Origin: Podarcis cretensis
Lineage: Eukaryota
Direction: 5' to 3'
Assembly (NCBI GenBank): GCA_951804945.1
Contig: OX638154.1
Span: 69,998,001 to 70,062,000 of the forward strand
Length of the DNA stretch: 64,000 bases
A model generated the notes under the pieces. That model did not search any database. It saw nothing but the letters and a program-made list of their open reading frames with translations, and was not told where the DNA came from. Of the stretch, positions 1-11,085 are shown piece by piece; position 1 is the first letter of the stretch, and each line of letters begins with the position of its first letter. Position numbers and translations under genes: made by a program.

Positions 1-186
1 GCAGTTCAAAAGCACGTCAAAGTCCAAGTAGATAAATAGGTACTGCTCCTGCTGGAAGGTAAACGGCATTTCCGTGCGCGGCTCCTTCCGTACGCTGGCT
101 CCCTCGGCCAATAAAGCGAGATGAGCGCTGCAACCCCAGAGTCATCCGTGACTGGACCTAATGGTCAGGGGCCCCTTTACGTTACT
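1..186 (+). mobile_element. Sauria SINE (Squam1-type), 3' half cut by window edge, with internal deletion
   Basis: Diagnostic motifs GCAGTTCAAAAGCACGTCAAAGT-CAAGTAGATAAATAGGTAC, AAAGCGAGATGAGCGC-GCAACCCCAGAGTC and tail GGACCTAATGGTCAGGGG-CCCTTTAC are shared with the copies at 25580, 56971 and 59329. Confidence 0.9.
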
Positions 187-1960
187 GATTAAAAACCAAG
201 GGGACAATATAACCCCTGTATAATTTGTGAATGTTAGGAAAGGAGCGTTTCCAGCTCTGATATCCAGAGCTGTTACCCTTTAGGGATAGGTAAGATGTAA
301 CGTTTACAGGATCCCTCTCCATTTCCCCTCAAACTGCATCTTTGAATGAGGCCAAAAGAGGAGTCCTGCCACAGTGTAACCTTCCCCACAGCTGCCAGGC
401 AGGGAGATCCATCAAATGCTCATAACGTGTGAGCGAACCCTGGCACGAGAATTTCCGAAAGCCCTCGGATTACAGACAAAAGAACAGCACTTTTTTCTTT
501 TCCTTTTGGATAGTGAACGGAGGGGAAGTGTTACAGATAGGTAGCCGTGTTGGTCTGCCATAGTCAAAACAAAAAAAATTCCTTCCAGTAGCACCTTAAA
601 GACCAACTAAGTAGGGGAGGTGGACCAACTAGGAGGGGAAGTGGGCAGGCGGGAGAGAAACCCTTCCCTGCAGTTTAAGGGAATTTTCACGGAGGGGGAA
701 GAGAAAGTAGAAGAGCTTCCCTTCTGCGCCTCAAAGGGTCAGGGGCAGTTTCGCACCCTTCTTTCGATACGGTTCCCTTCTCGGTTTTCTTGTCGCCCTG
801 CTGCCCTGGGAACAGGGAAAATGGAAAATGGAGAAGGAAGCGGGCGCGGGGAAGGGATTTCGGAGCAAACAAATGAGAGCCAAACACTTTTAAAGAAGAA
901 ATGAAAGAAAGAAAGACCCCCCGGGCATATGGGGAAGGGGTTTATCTGGTCATTTTTATTTATTTAGTTAACAGTTTTCCAGTTCCCTTTGCCCTGGGTC
1001 GCTGCGAGTTGATCCCACGCCCCGCAAAGAATTGTTCGGAGGCGCGTGAAGACGGTGAAGAATGGCGGACGGAGTTGGGTTTGCATTTCTCCGTCTTGTG
1101 CGCGCGCGCCTGCGCCCTCCCCCTCAGTCCCCGCCAGACCCTCGGAAGTTCAACTTCGGAGGCTTCCCTGCGCCGCCGTCCCCCCTCACCACTGCCTCCT
1201 TCGCCGCCTTCTTCCTCCTCCTCCTCCTCCACTTGGAGAGCCGCACTTGCTGCTCGGCTCTCGCACCCGCCCAGTGTGTGTGGTGGCGGCGGTGGCCCTC
1301 CTGCGTTTTGCTATCCCGAGTCGGCGGCGCTAGGCGCGGGCAGCTTTTTACGCACACAAAGGAGAAAGGGACGAGGCAGGCAGGGAGGCAAAAAGCCGGC
1401 GACGAAACTTTGCGCGGGGCTGCAGCTCGCCGCCGCCTGCCCTGCCCAGCCCAGCGCGCCGAGAGGGGAAGCCGACCGCCAAAGCCTTCCCCCGGAACGA
1501 GCGGCGAGGCGAAGCCGCCTGCTCGTCTGCGCCGCCGCGGAGGGGCTGGCGAGGAGGCCCTCTCTGCCAGTGGGCGGACAGCACCCAGGGGGGACCCCGA
1601 GATGCAGCCGAGCCTCCTGCTCTCGCTGCGGGGCTGCCCCAAAGCTCCCAGCCACCGCCGGCTGAAGTGATCCAGCGCTCCCTGCCGCCGCCAGATCGAG
1701 CCCCAAGCTTTTGCACGAACACCCACCCACACCCCCGCGCCGCTTCTTTCTCTTTCTCTCCCCAGCCCACCTCCCCCCATCCCTCCTCCTCTCCTCCCCA
1801 AAGCCGTGCAGCCGCAAGCAGCTCAAATGGAGTGGAAAATGGCCAGTGGTGGCAGATCGAGCCTTTAGATTATCTCCTTCACGTTTGGTACTTAGCTGTC
1901 TCTAATCTGCTTTTATTTGCCAGAAGCCCCCCCTCCCCTTCCACCAGCTCGGGCGGGTGG

Positions 1961-1984
1961 CGGCGGCGGCGGCGGCGGCGGCGG
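1961..1984 (+). repeat. (CGG)8 trinucleotide repeat in the CpG island
   Basis: Uninterrupted CGG x8 read directly. Confidence 0.95.
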
Positions 1985-3326
1985 AGAGACACAAGAAGCG
2001 GGGTGGTGGGGAAGAGGAGAATATATATGTTCCCCCCATATTTTTGGCTGCCGCCGCTTCTATACATGATAATATGTTTATATGATTAGCTGAGCCCAGG
2101 GGTGGGGAGAAGAGAGAAAGAGAGGGGGTGGAGATTGGAAGAAGAGGTGGAGGCTGGAGGTGGCTCCAGTTCAGAGCTAGTGGAGAGTCCGTGTCAGGAC
2201 TTCGCAATCCCCAGTCACACACTGAGAGAGAGGTGCATGGACGAAAGGGAGCTGGCAATACAATTCACTGGGATTTTTCTTTTTCTTTTTTCTTTTAAGG
2301 GCGATTTCACTCGCCCCCCGCCCTCTCTGTCTCTCTTCCTTTCTCTCCCCATTGCTTTGAGCGACCAGCTTTGCTCTTGATCTCCGTTCACGGGGCAGCG
2401 GCGGCAGCAGCAGCAGCAGCGTCGAGGAGAAGCAAGGAGGAGGAAAAATAGCGACGCTTGAAGAAGGGCTGGAACTGGATCCTGCCAGAGGCCAGGATGC
2501 CATCCAGGGAGATGTAAATGAGGCCGACGAGGACGACGGAGAGAAAGGGGGCTTTTCTTTCCGATTTCCCCTCTCGCGCGCGTGTGCCTGTGCTTTGCGA
2601 TCGCAGCGCCTTCTCCCCACTTCGCCTCCCCGCCGAACAATTGAGTTGATTCCGGCTGCTCCTGTTGGCGTCGCCTTCTCCCCCCCCCCCCCCATCCATC
2701 CCAGTCGCCTAGAGAAAAGAGAGAGGACTCCAGGGCTGGTCACATCCAAGACGGTGCTTGCACCTAGTGCTCTTTTGTTGTGGTGCTTTCAGATCGACCA
2801 AAATAATTGTTTCGATTTTCCTTTTGTTTTACCTCCCTCCTTCCTCGCTCTCCTCCCTCCACCCCAAACATTTATTTAAAGGAGTGCGTGCGTGTTTTGG
2901 GGAAGGAGCCGCGCGCGTTGGGACCTGGAGTGTGTGGGGGGAAATGTTGACTTAACCTCTCGCCGAGCCCCTTCGGCTGCCTGGGCTCTTTTTTTTTTTG
3001 CTTGGACGGAAGGGAGACGAGCAGCCTCCTGCTGTGCGTTTTGTCCCAGCCCAGCGAGCTGCGAAGCCAGCTGCTTTCCTCGCCTTTCTTCGCTTCTTCT
3101 ACCTAGCCCAGCGCTTTTCCCTTGACTTGCCCGGCGAACCTCCACCTCCTTCCCCTTCTGGCTCTTGTGTTTGCTGACGCCCCCCCCCCGGGCCAAAACA
3201 TCGCCTTTAAACAACAAACAGCAGCAACCGCCACCTTGTGATCAGAAAGGGGCTCACCCTGTACCCCCTTTCCCGGGGCACCCCAGATGCAAGAGGAAGC
3301 CCGGCCCGGCTTTGGCTGCGAACCCA

Positions 3327-3335
3327 AAGGTAAGC
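3327..3335 (+). other. Candidate 5' splice donor of an ADGRL2 5'UTR exon (exon end 3329)
   Basis: AAG|GTAAGC, a near-consensus donor inside the CpG island on the gene's strand. No transcript evidence available. Confidence 0.5.
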
Positions 3336-3690
3336 GTCTCCCTCCCTCCCTCTCGGTGTGTGCGGATTATTCGTGGGTGAGATGCTTCTTTCCCACTTGC
3401 AGGACCTGTTCGCTTACTTCGATCGCCCCCTTTTGCAAGCCATTTGCATGCAAGGGGACTGCTTACTTCGCAGGAGAGGGGTGTGTGTGTGTATGTGCGT
3501 CGGGGGGGGGGGTGCGGGAGAAATGCACTGTAGAGCCTCAGCCCTAACCCCCTTTTCCAGCTATGGGGAGGGAATTCCTCCAATAAATCTGTATCGAACT
3601 GTTTTCCGTCCTATGAATTCTGATAAACCGCCCCCCCCCCCAATTTTCTATCACCTGGAAAAAAAGAGAGCTCTGCGCGCCGCATAAACC

Positions 3691-3695
3691 AAAGT

Positions 3696-3699
<4 letters not shown>
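3691..3699 (+). other. Second candidate 5' splice donor (alternative 5'UTR exon, end 3693)
   Basis: AAA|GTAAGT, perfect intronic consensus, running directly into a (TG)n tract. Confidence 0.4.

Positions 3700-3734
<35 letters not shown>
3698..3734 (+). repeat. (GT/TG)n microsatellite
   Basis: Read directly. Confidence 0.95.
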
Positions 3735-3737
<3 letters not shown>

Positions 3738-4924
3738 ATGAATGTATATGGGAAAGGAGAGGCATGGGGGGGTCAACACTCAGGCATGGGGAGGCTCGCG
3801 ATGGTCCTTTTACTTCCTAGATCTTCCTCCCTGGGCAAAGGCAGATCGGATGAGGGTTTAACTCTGAAGCTGGGGTCTTTCCCGGGCAAGTGGAGGGTGG
3901 GAAAGAAGGTGACCCGAGAGCGTAGTCACATGTGAAGCGGCGCAGGCTCTGGGGTGGCAATCCTGGAGGGCCTTGGCCTCTTGAAAGGCTGAGAGTCCGG
4001 CTGGAGAAGGACGACCAGAGGCAGTTTTTTTCGAGGGCTGTGCGGGCCTGCGATCAGATCCAGCGAGAGGGCGCGCGAGGATTTCCCCCTTGCGCCGCGC
4101 GCAGCGGGGCGGACCTGCGCTCCTCCCGGGGATTTGGCGAGAGGTCAGTCCGTCCGCCGGGCTGTTGCAGGACACTTTCGCGCGGGGTTCCCCCTCTTCC
4201 AGCCTACCCTCCCTACCCACCCCAACCCCCGGCCGCTCGCCACGCAGATCATTCGCCACGCGAAACCCCCGCGTGGCATGTAAGCTCCCTCGGGAACCGC
4301 CAGCAGCTCAAATGCTGGGCGAGTGGGTGGGGGGAAGGCAGAGAAACCTCTCCCGGCTTGCTAAACTTTGCCCGCTCCTCAAGAAAGACTGTTGCTCTGG
4401 TCTTGATTTGACTGGCCTTTGGGTTCCCCTTAAAAAGAAATAAAGTGTGCAAGGTGGGATTGCAGCAAGTCCTCAAGCCATACTTAATACTTAACTCGAA
4501 GGGCATGTTTATTGGGATTCCAGAGGACTTTTTTTACCAGCGAGTGTGCCCAGACTTGTGGGTGTAAAGTGACCTGGCACTGGAAGTGTGTTTGGGGTGG
4601 GGGTGTACACATTGTCTCCTGTTTTGCAGCTCTTATTTCTCCCATGGAAAGAAACTAGTGTGGATGTGTGGAGCGGGAGAGGGGTTTCTTTAGGAATCCT
4701 ACTTCTCTTAGGGTTGGGGTGTGTATGAATAACCTCCAAAGAAGGCTTGCAAGTCTCTGGCTAAAAGCAAGAGCCATCTGGATCCTGTTATTGGAGCAAG
4801 CTTTTCTCTTCTTTCTTCCATTTGCTCCGGCATTCTTTGCTATGTGTGTGACCAGCCAGGCAGCCTCCTCACTCTGGGTGCTTTTAGAGTAGAAAGCCTG
4901 GTGGCTGATTTCATTCATCTGGCG

Positions 4925-4932
4925 CTCTCTCG

Positions 4933-4964
<32 letters not shown>
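4925..4964 (+). repeat. Compound (CT)n(GT)n microsatellite
   Basis: Read directly. Confidence 0.9.
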
Positions 4965-5664
4965 AGCAGGCCCCTACCAAGTCGTCTTCATGAATTCAAG
5001 CGGCCCGCTGAGAGGAAAAGTTGCAGCCCTTTAAGTAAATAATGACTTGTTGCACTTTTATTTTCACTAAAGCACAAGGATGGAGGAGCAGCCTGACTAG
5101 CACCCCCCCACACACACACACCTTGCAAGAGACTTGCAAATAGTAATGAATTATAATCCTTTGCAGTTGTGGCTCTTGAGGGGAGGGATAAAAAGGAGAA
5201 CCTGTGCTCCATTTTTACTTGTTAGGTATTTAGGACCACCTGGGGACAAGTGGTGTGTTGGAAGATGCTTTTGAAAAGTGTAAGCTAAAGTTGTGATTTA
5301 TTGTAGCATCTTGGGGGGGGGGGATCTAAGTGGGAGGAGTGTTTGGATACAGTTCTGGTAGACCGAAAAGCCGCCTTCTCTTAGACTCAAGGTGTGAGGG
5401 ATTTCTTCCATAAGGTGGTGTGTGTTTGTGTGTTGACGATACCCTGTAAAAGACTCTGGATTTTTGCTTTGTGATTAATAATAGCCTCTTATAAATCTGG
5501 TGGTGGTGGGTTTTGGGCACAGTTGCTTTGGCAAACCGATCTTCATCTTGGGCTTCAGGTGTGTGTTGTTTATCTTCCCCTTAAGAACATGTTCTTAGAG
5601 CATTCTGCAGAACAAATGTTCTGTTGTTTGGTTTCTTCAGACACTCTGATTCCCTCCCTTTTGT

Positions 5665-5829
5665 NNNNNNNNNNNNNNNNNNNNNNNNNNNNNNNNNNNN
5701 NNNNNNNNNNNNNNNNNNNNNNNNNNNNNNNNNNNNNNNNNNNNNNNNNNNNNNNNNNNNNNNNNNNNNNNNNNNNNNNNNNNNNNNNNNNNNNNNNNNN
5801 NNNNNNNNNNNNNNNNNNNNNNNNNNNNN
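5665..5829. other. Assembly gap (165 N)
   Basis: Run of N. Confidence 1.
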
Positions 5830-8800
5830 AGCAGAGGCCCAAAGGGCAGTGAGGGGATTGTAAAGGGGTAAAAGGGGGAGGTGGGCTTGGGTTATGTTTC
5901 TGAACTTTTACTGTTTTGTAATTATGCCAGCAAAGAACATAGTCTGTATGCTGCAGGCTCTTGCAAACAGCCAAACAATTATATTCTATTGATTAATGGT
6001 TTGTTCTAAGGGGAAAAAAGGGTGACCTTTTTTTCCGTGGCAGCCACTGTTTCATAGTTTCTGGTGTCTGGTGCCTTTTCTTTTGGACTCACACTTTGGA
6101 TATGGCCTGCACATTATTTCATTAGGGGGCCTGAATGGAAAAGAACTTCTAATTACTTCAAAAAAAAAAAAAAAAAAAAAAACCCTACAAATGAATCTTT
6201 GAAAGAAAAGACCACTCAGTTGCAAACCTTTGAAGAAAGCACACGTTTCTTCTCATACATAATACAGGAATAGCAGATCTTTTTTATTCCATAGGGTGTG
6301 TTACAGATTTTAACATTCTATTTACTTGTTATGGTTAATTTCCAAAGAACAATAAGAGAATAATTAAAATGCCTTCCTGGATATTTTTTTTTAAAAGCCT
6401 CCAGTCAGTTTTGCATAGGTTATCTACAATCATGTGCTGTATCTTTTGTTGCTGTTGTTGTCCTCCTCAGTAGAAGTAGTGTTAATGCATATTCTTTAAA
6501 TAGCTGTGGCAAGGACTGGTCCTGGCAGTGTAGTTGCAGAATATTCATCATTGCATTTTAAGTCAGTTTATGTTGCTGGCACATTTACGTAATTTTTGAT
6601 TCATTAGCTACTCCTGTTTTTTTCCTGTTTGCAAAGAGATATGCCTCTTTCATTATTTTTTAAAAAATCAATATTTATAATCTGGCAGACCAGTAGCCAA
6701 GCAGAATGCAGCACTCCTTCAGTAAATTGGGCTGCTTTCCAAACAGTAGATTGTTCAGAGGTTGTGGGGGGAGCGGTGAAGTTTGGTAGGTCTCTTTTAT
6801 CAAGCTAAACAAAATGAACTTTCCCAGTGTATTCTAATATCTCTTGATTGCTCTTCTTTTTCTTCTGTAAATCATATGTATCTGTTCTACTGATATTGTA
6901 ACTTTATTTCCATGGCTCCAGTGGTTAGTTTTGGGTGGGAAAAATAGGTTGTTATAGTAGGAGAATTGTTTATGCATAATAGTCTATTTTTAGTTTACTA
7001 TCACTAAGAAGCTGGACTGCTTGGAAGCCTTGAAGAAAACAATGAATTGTGCAGGGTTTTGTTTTGTTTTTTAAAGACATTTGCTAATTTTAAATGGTGA
7101 AGAGCAGTTCAGGATTTTGTGGATGGAGATCTTTTAACAGTCCTCAAATGGGGTGTCATTACACTGAGGTGATTTTCACCAGTTTATTTACTCTTAATGC
7201 CTTCAGTTGCTTATAGCAATACCTTTTGGTGGTATAAATGGAACATATTGATGCAGTTGTCATTACGACACTTAAGTTGCTTTTAACTAGTCTGCTTTGG
7301 ACATAGAGTGCTGTAAAGAAAGTACATTACGTGCTGTAAAGGAAGTACAGCCATTAGAGATAATCTAAAAATTGTCTTGGAAATGTTGCACTTCAGTTTA
7401 AATGACGGTGATCTCAAAATTCAACAAATTTCTATAAAAATGCCACAGAAGGAAGACTTTCAGCAATTCATAAGACAAAATTGGACCACTTAGACAGAAA
7501 TTAATGTGCTACAGCCGTGCTTCAGCTGCCATTTTCAATCACAGTGGGTCACTATGTGTTGGCAACAGCAACTGAACATAGATATTCAGTTGCTCTGGCA
7601 GCTAGAGCTGGAGAAATCAGGATATTGAATCAACGTGGGGTAGCACAAACCAATTAAAGCAGGTTTTGACTTGAGATATTCCAATAAACAGTTATTTTTT
7701 TCTCTCTGCCACATTTGGCTCCCCTATTCATTAATGGACCAACATCAAAGAAAGCAGCCAAGCTTCCAAATGTTATAAAAACCAATACAAAGATATAGAT
7801 GTTGCATGTAGTCTTGGAAGTCTTAATTTAAGGCAAGCAGTTGGAGTTTTTATTGCAGCAATTTTCACAATCAGCAGAGACATTAACACCAGGCTTCTGG
7901 GTGTTTTCCTTCCTTAAAATGAGCAAGAGGAGAGCATTAAAAAAGCAAAGTTTGCTTAGCGGTTAGTCCATAATTTGAACACTTCAGAAGCTGCCGCCAT
8001 GTTTCATTTGTCCCTTACAGCTTTCAGTGACAACATATCAGTAATGGAAGTTACTAAGATGGGATAAGATCCAGTCAGGGAATCACATATAATAGTGCAA
8101 TTCATACTTAAAATGCTACAAACTGGCATGTCACTGTTTTCATCTGTTTTACATAGCATAATTGACACAAACAAATAAAGTAGAAGAATTTGACAGGCAT
8201 AATTCCTCCCCCTCCCCTTTTAAGGATATATTGCACTTCCTGGTAAAAGATTTCATGCAAGTATAATTTTGGGGAAACAATATAGTTAACACTGGAACAA
8301 GTTACCTTTCAGAAGAAGGTGTGTGCATTGCAAAAGAAATTACACAGAAATTACTGTTTTGTTTTTGTTTAAAATAGCCAACCCGCTCCCTGGGATTTAA
8401 AAAGCCTTTTCCCCTTTAAACAACATGGATTTTCCATAGAAACCAGACTTTAATTGAATGTAGTTTCAAATGGCTGTTTGTGGGATCTGTCTTTGTGGGG
8501 GGTGGGTGCCCTTTTTGTTATAGTGAAGTCTCAGGAGTTGGGGGTTATTTTGTTTTGCATTTGGATGTCTGCAAGATGGCAGTTAAAAATAAGTTACTAA
8601 AACTGCTAATGACTTTTCCAAATGAAAGATAGGAAGCAATAGTTAAACCCAACTGTAATTTTTAATTTGTGCGTAGGAGCAGAAACAAGTCCGTTATTTT
8701 TCATAGGAAATTTAGCGGAATTATCATTAGTCATGCTACTTATACATGTCACATTACACAGAACTGTTTTCTATTCTTATTTTGAAGATTTGATGCTACA

Positions 8801-10094
8801 TGTTTGAAGAGAGAGGCTTTTCAGTTTCCCACGAGCACATGTGCACTCTTAAACATAGCATGCTTAATTTTTTTCAGATTGTTGAAAAATAGGATAAATG
8901 TCATTATAATGGAACTTCCAAGCAGATGGAGCTGATGATGTTTGGGAGTTAATAAGAAGAGTTCATTCTGTTATCTCTTCTTGATCAGTTAAAATATTAG
9001 TTCATTTCCTTTCTGAAGAATTCTCCTACATAAACATTGTCTGTCGAAGCTGATCATTTTTATATCAGTTTAGTTACATGGCAATTCATTGCTTCCTTTC
9101 ATTTTTATTTTTAGTGGTGACTGCTGAAGTTCTCTCCCTCTCTATTACTCACACACACCACACACACACATACACATTCCTTAACAAGTACTAAAAGATA
9201 AGCGACAACCTGATGCACTTAAACCTATCAGTTGAGTCTTTTAAGGAAAAACATTGTTGATCAGACTCTGAAATTATAGTGCAGGCAAGGTTGTGGCTCA
9301 TTATCTTAAACGGAGCATTTTATGGGTCAAAGAAGCAATATATAATTTGCATGTGCTATTATTTTTCCTCCCTTGTGGTATTTGTCAGGCGTTAAATGCT
9401 TCCAACTGTACAGAAGCCTGTTATTTTCCTCCCTAAATTTTATTCAGAAAGGCACACTAGTCAAGAACATTGTAGTCTTGACTAAAAGTAAACACAGGGT
9501 CTGACACCTGCAGATAAAAGTGCAGCCTGCTGCAAAATAAATAAATATATAAAATGAATGTTATTGATTGCTTTGGCAGCACAAGCCAAACTTAAATACA
9601 ATTTGTTTAATTACAACAAAAATGAAGTTTTATGAAGTAGTATACTTCATCTTTGTAGAAGATTTTATGTTTTGTGCGCTGGTAAGTAAAATCCCACCAT
9701 GCTTGTATAATTTTGCTCAATTATCAGAGCAGCTAAGAGGGAAAATCAATTATACTGAAAAACCACAGAAATGAGATTACCTTGTTAAGTAGCATCTTGC
9801 CAGCAATGTATGAATTCCCTAGCATTATCGAAAGTGGCCATATAGAGGCTGCAGACCTGTGCCCACTTACATGAGAGTTAGCCTCATCGTGAGCACAGTA
9901 GGATTTACTTCTAAGTCAACATACATAGGATTGTGCTCTTAATGCACCAAGAATATAGTGTAATCTATATGCAATAGCATGTAATTTTGCCACATTTTTC
10001 TACCGTAGGTGGTTGTTGCTTTTCTCTGTGCAGGAGCGCAAGTGGATAAGTCAACTAATAGAGCATTAACTTTCCAAAAGAAATGGAATATACG

Positions 10095-10196
10095 CTACAA
10101 TCCTATACACTCTGACAGGTAAGCCCCATTGAACTCAGTAGGGCTTGCTTCTGCGTAAATGTATATGTTTGTCATAGACGTGTATAGGATTGCACT
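10095..10196. mobile_element. Short inverted-repeat (MITE-like) squamate interspersed repeat
   Basis: Ends CAATCCTATACAC...GTGTATAGGATTG are reverse complements. The core GTAAGCCCCATTGAACTCAGT recurs in degenerate copies near 9850-9940, 23020-23100 and 39385-39470. Confidence 0.6.
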
Positions 10197-11046
10197 GAGT
10201 ATGGAAAATGGTCACGCCAGCCATTTTTTGTTTTTCACCTGCATATCTTCCTTGATTTTGTAATGGAAAAAAATATGAAAACCTCAGTAGGTGTTTCAAG
10301 CAAGAATGAAGACCAAATATAGTAAAGTACATTACTTTGTAGGGTGACAGTAATAGCATCCATTTCATGTCTCCAGTGTAGAAGAACTCACTTAAGATAC
10401 AATTGTTCACCTTTTTAAAAATAAAATATATGTATGAAGATGTGTTAGAGATATTTTTCTGTTTTTAAAATGATTGCATATTTCTGTAGGCTCTCTGTGT
10501 TGTAATACTATAGTTTGAAAACATTGCCTCTGCCTTTTGTACAGAAAGCTAGAATTTGTCTTTTTTATTTATTGAACATCTGCCTCTGTGTAGTTTCCTG
10601 ATGCACACAGTCTTGCTACTCTGAGTCTCTAAAACAGCCAGCTACAAGGGGCAGGCAACATAACAGTTTAAAACCGGTGGGCCGTTTGTAGGTCACAAAG
10701 TCATCATGCTAGAATTTCTGAATAAAGTGACTGAAAAGGGGAAGACAAATGCCACTTTGAATGGAAATGTTTAAACCAGACCTCTGCCTCAGGGTAAAAT
10801 TTAGGTATGTTTTAGCCCGGATGTAATGTCTCCCTCTACAGAGCACAGAATTAATCATAGCCTGACAACGGAACGTGTGCTGAGGGAGAAAAGGGGACCT
10901 CTTGTTGGCTAACAGCCTAGAATGAGAACCTTATAAACATTAAAATATACTAGGGCATTTAAATGATTGCATGTTGGTTCTGAATTGCGTTTGCTCTGGA
11001 CAGCTTATTTAAGAACATTTTGTAGTTGGTACAAACCTGGGTAGTG

Positions 11047-11048
<2 letters not shown>

Positions 11049-11082
<34 letters not shown>
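11049..11082 (+). repeat. (AC)n microsatellite
   Basis: Read directly. Confidence 0.95.

Positions 11083-11085
<3 letters not shown>

Larger units (their letters stand above)
840..4400. promoter_or_regulatory. CpG island / promoter and 5' non-coding exon region of ADGRL2
   Basis: Very GC- and CpG-rich (CGCGCGCGCC, GCGGCG runs) compared with the CpG-depleted, AT-rich remainder. It lies upstream of the ADGRL2 ATG exon, which starts with a splice acceptor and so needs an upstream first exon. Boundaries estimated by eye. Confidence 0.85.

Noticed and set aside
2751-2759. ACG|GTGCTT as first-exon donor
   Set aside because: Weak match to the donor consensus. Only a vague resemblance to a recalled mammalian UTR, so it is not supportable without transcripts.
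620-4506. Many long overlapping ORFs (up to 254 aa) on both strands
   Set aside because: Expected from stop-codon scarcity in a GC-rich CpG island. The translations are low-complexity R/G/P/A-rich with no recognisable domain.
5582-5622. AGAACA..TGTTCT motifs as glucocorticoid or p53 response elements
   Set aside because: Spacers are 0 and 2 nt rather than the 3 nt of a GRE, and only one p53 half-site is present.
5523-5974. ORFs spanning the N run
   Set aside because: Artefacts of the assembly gap.
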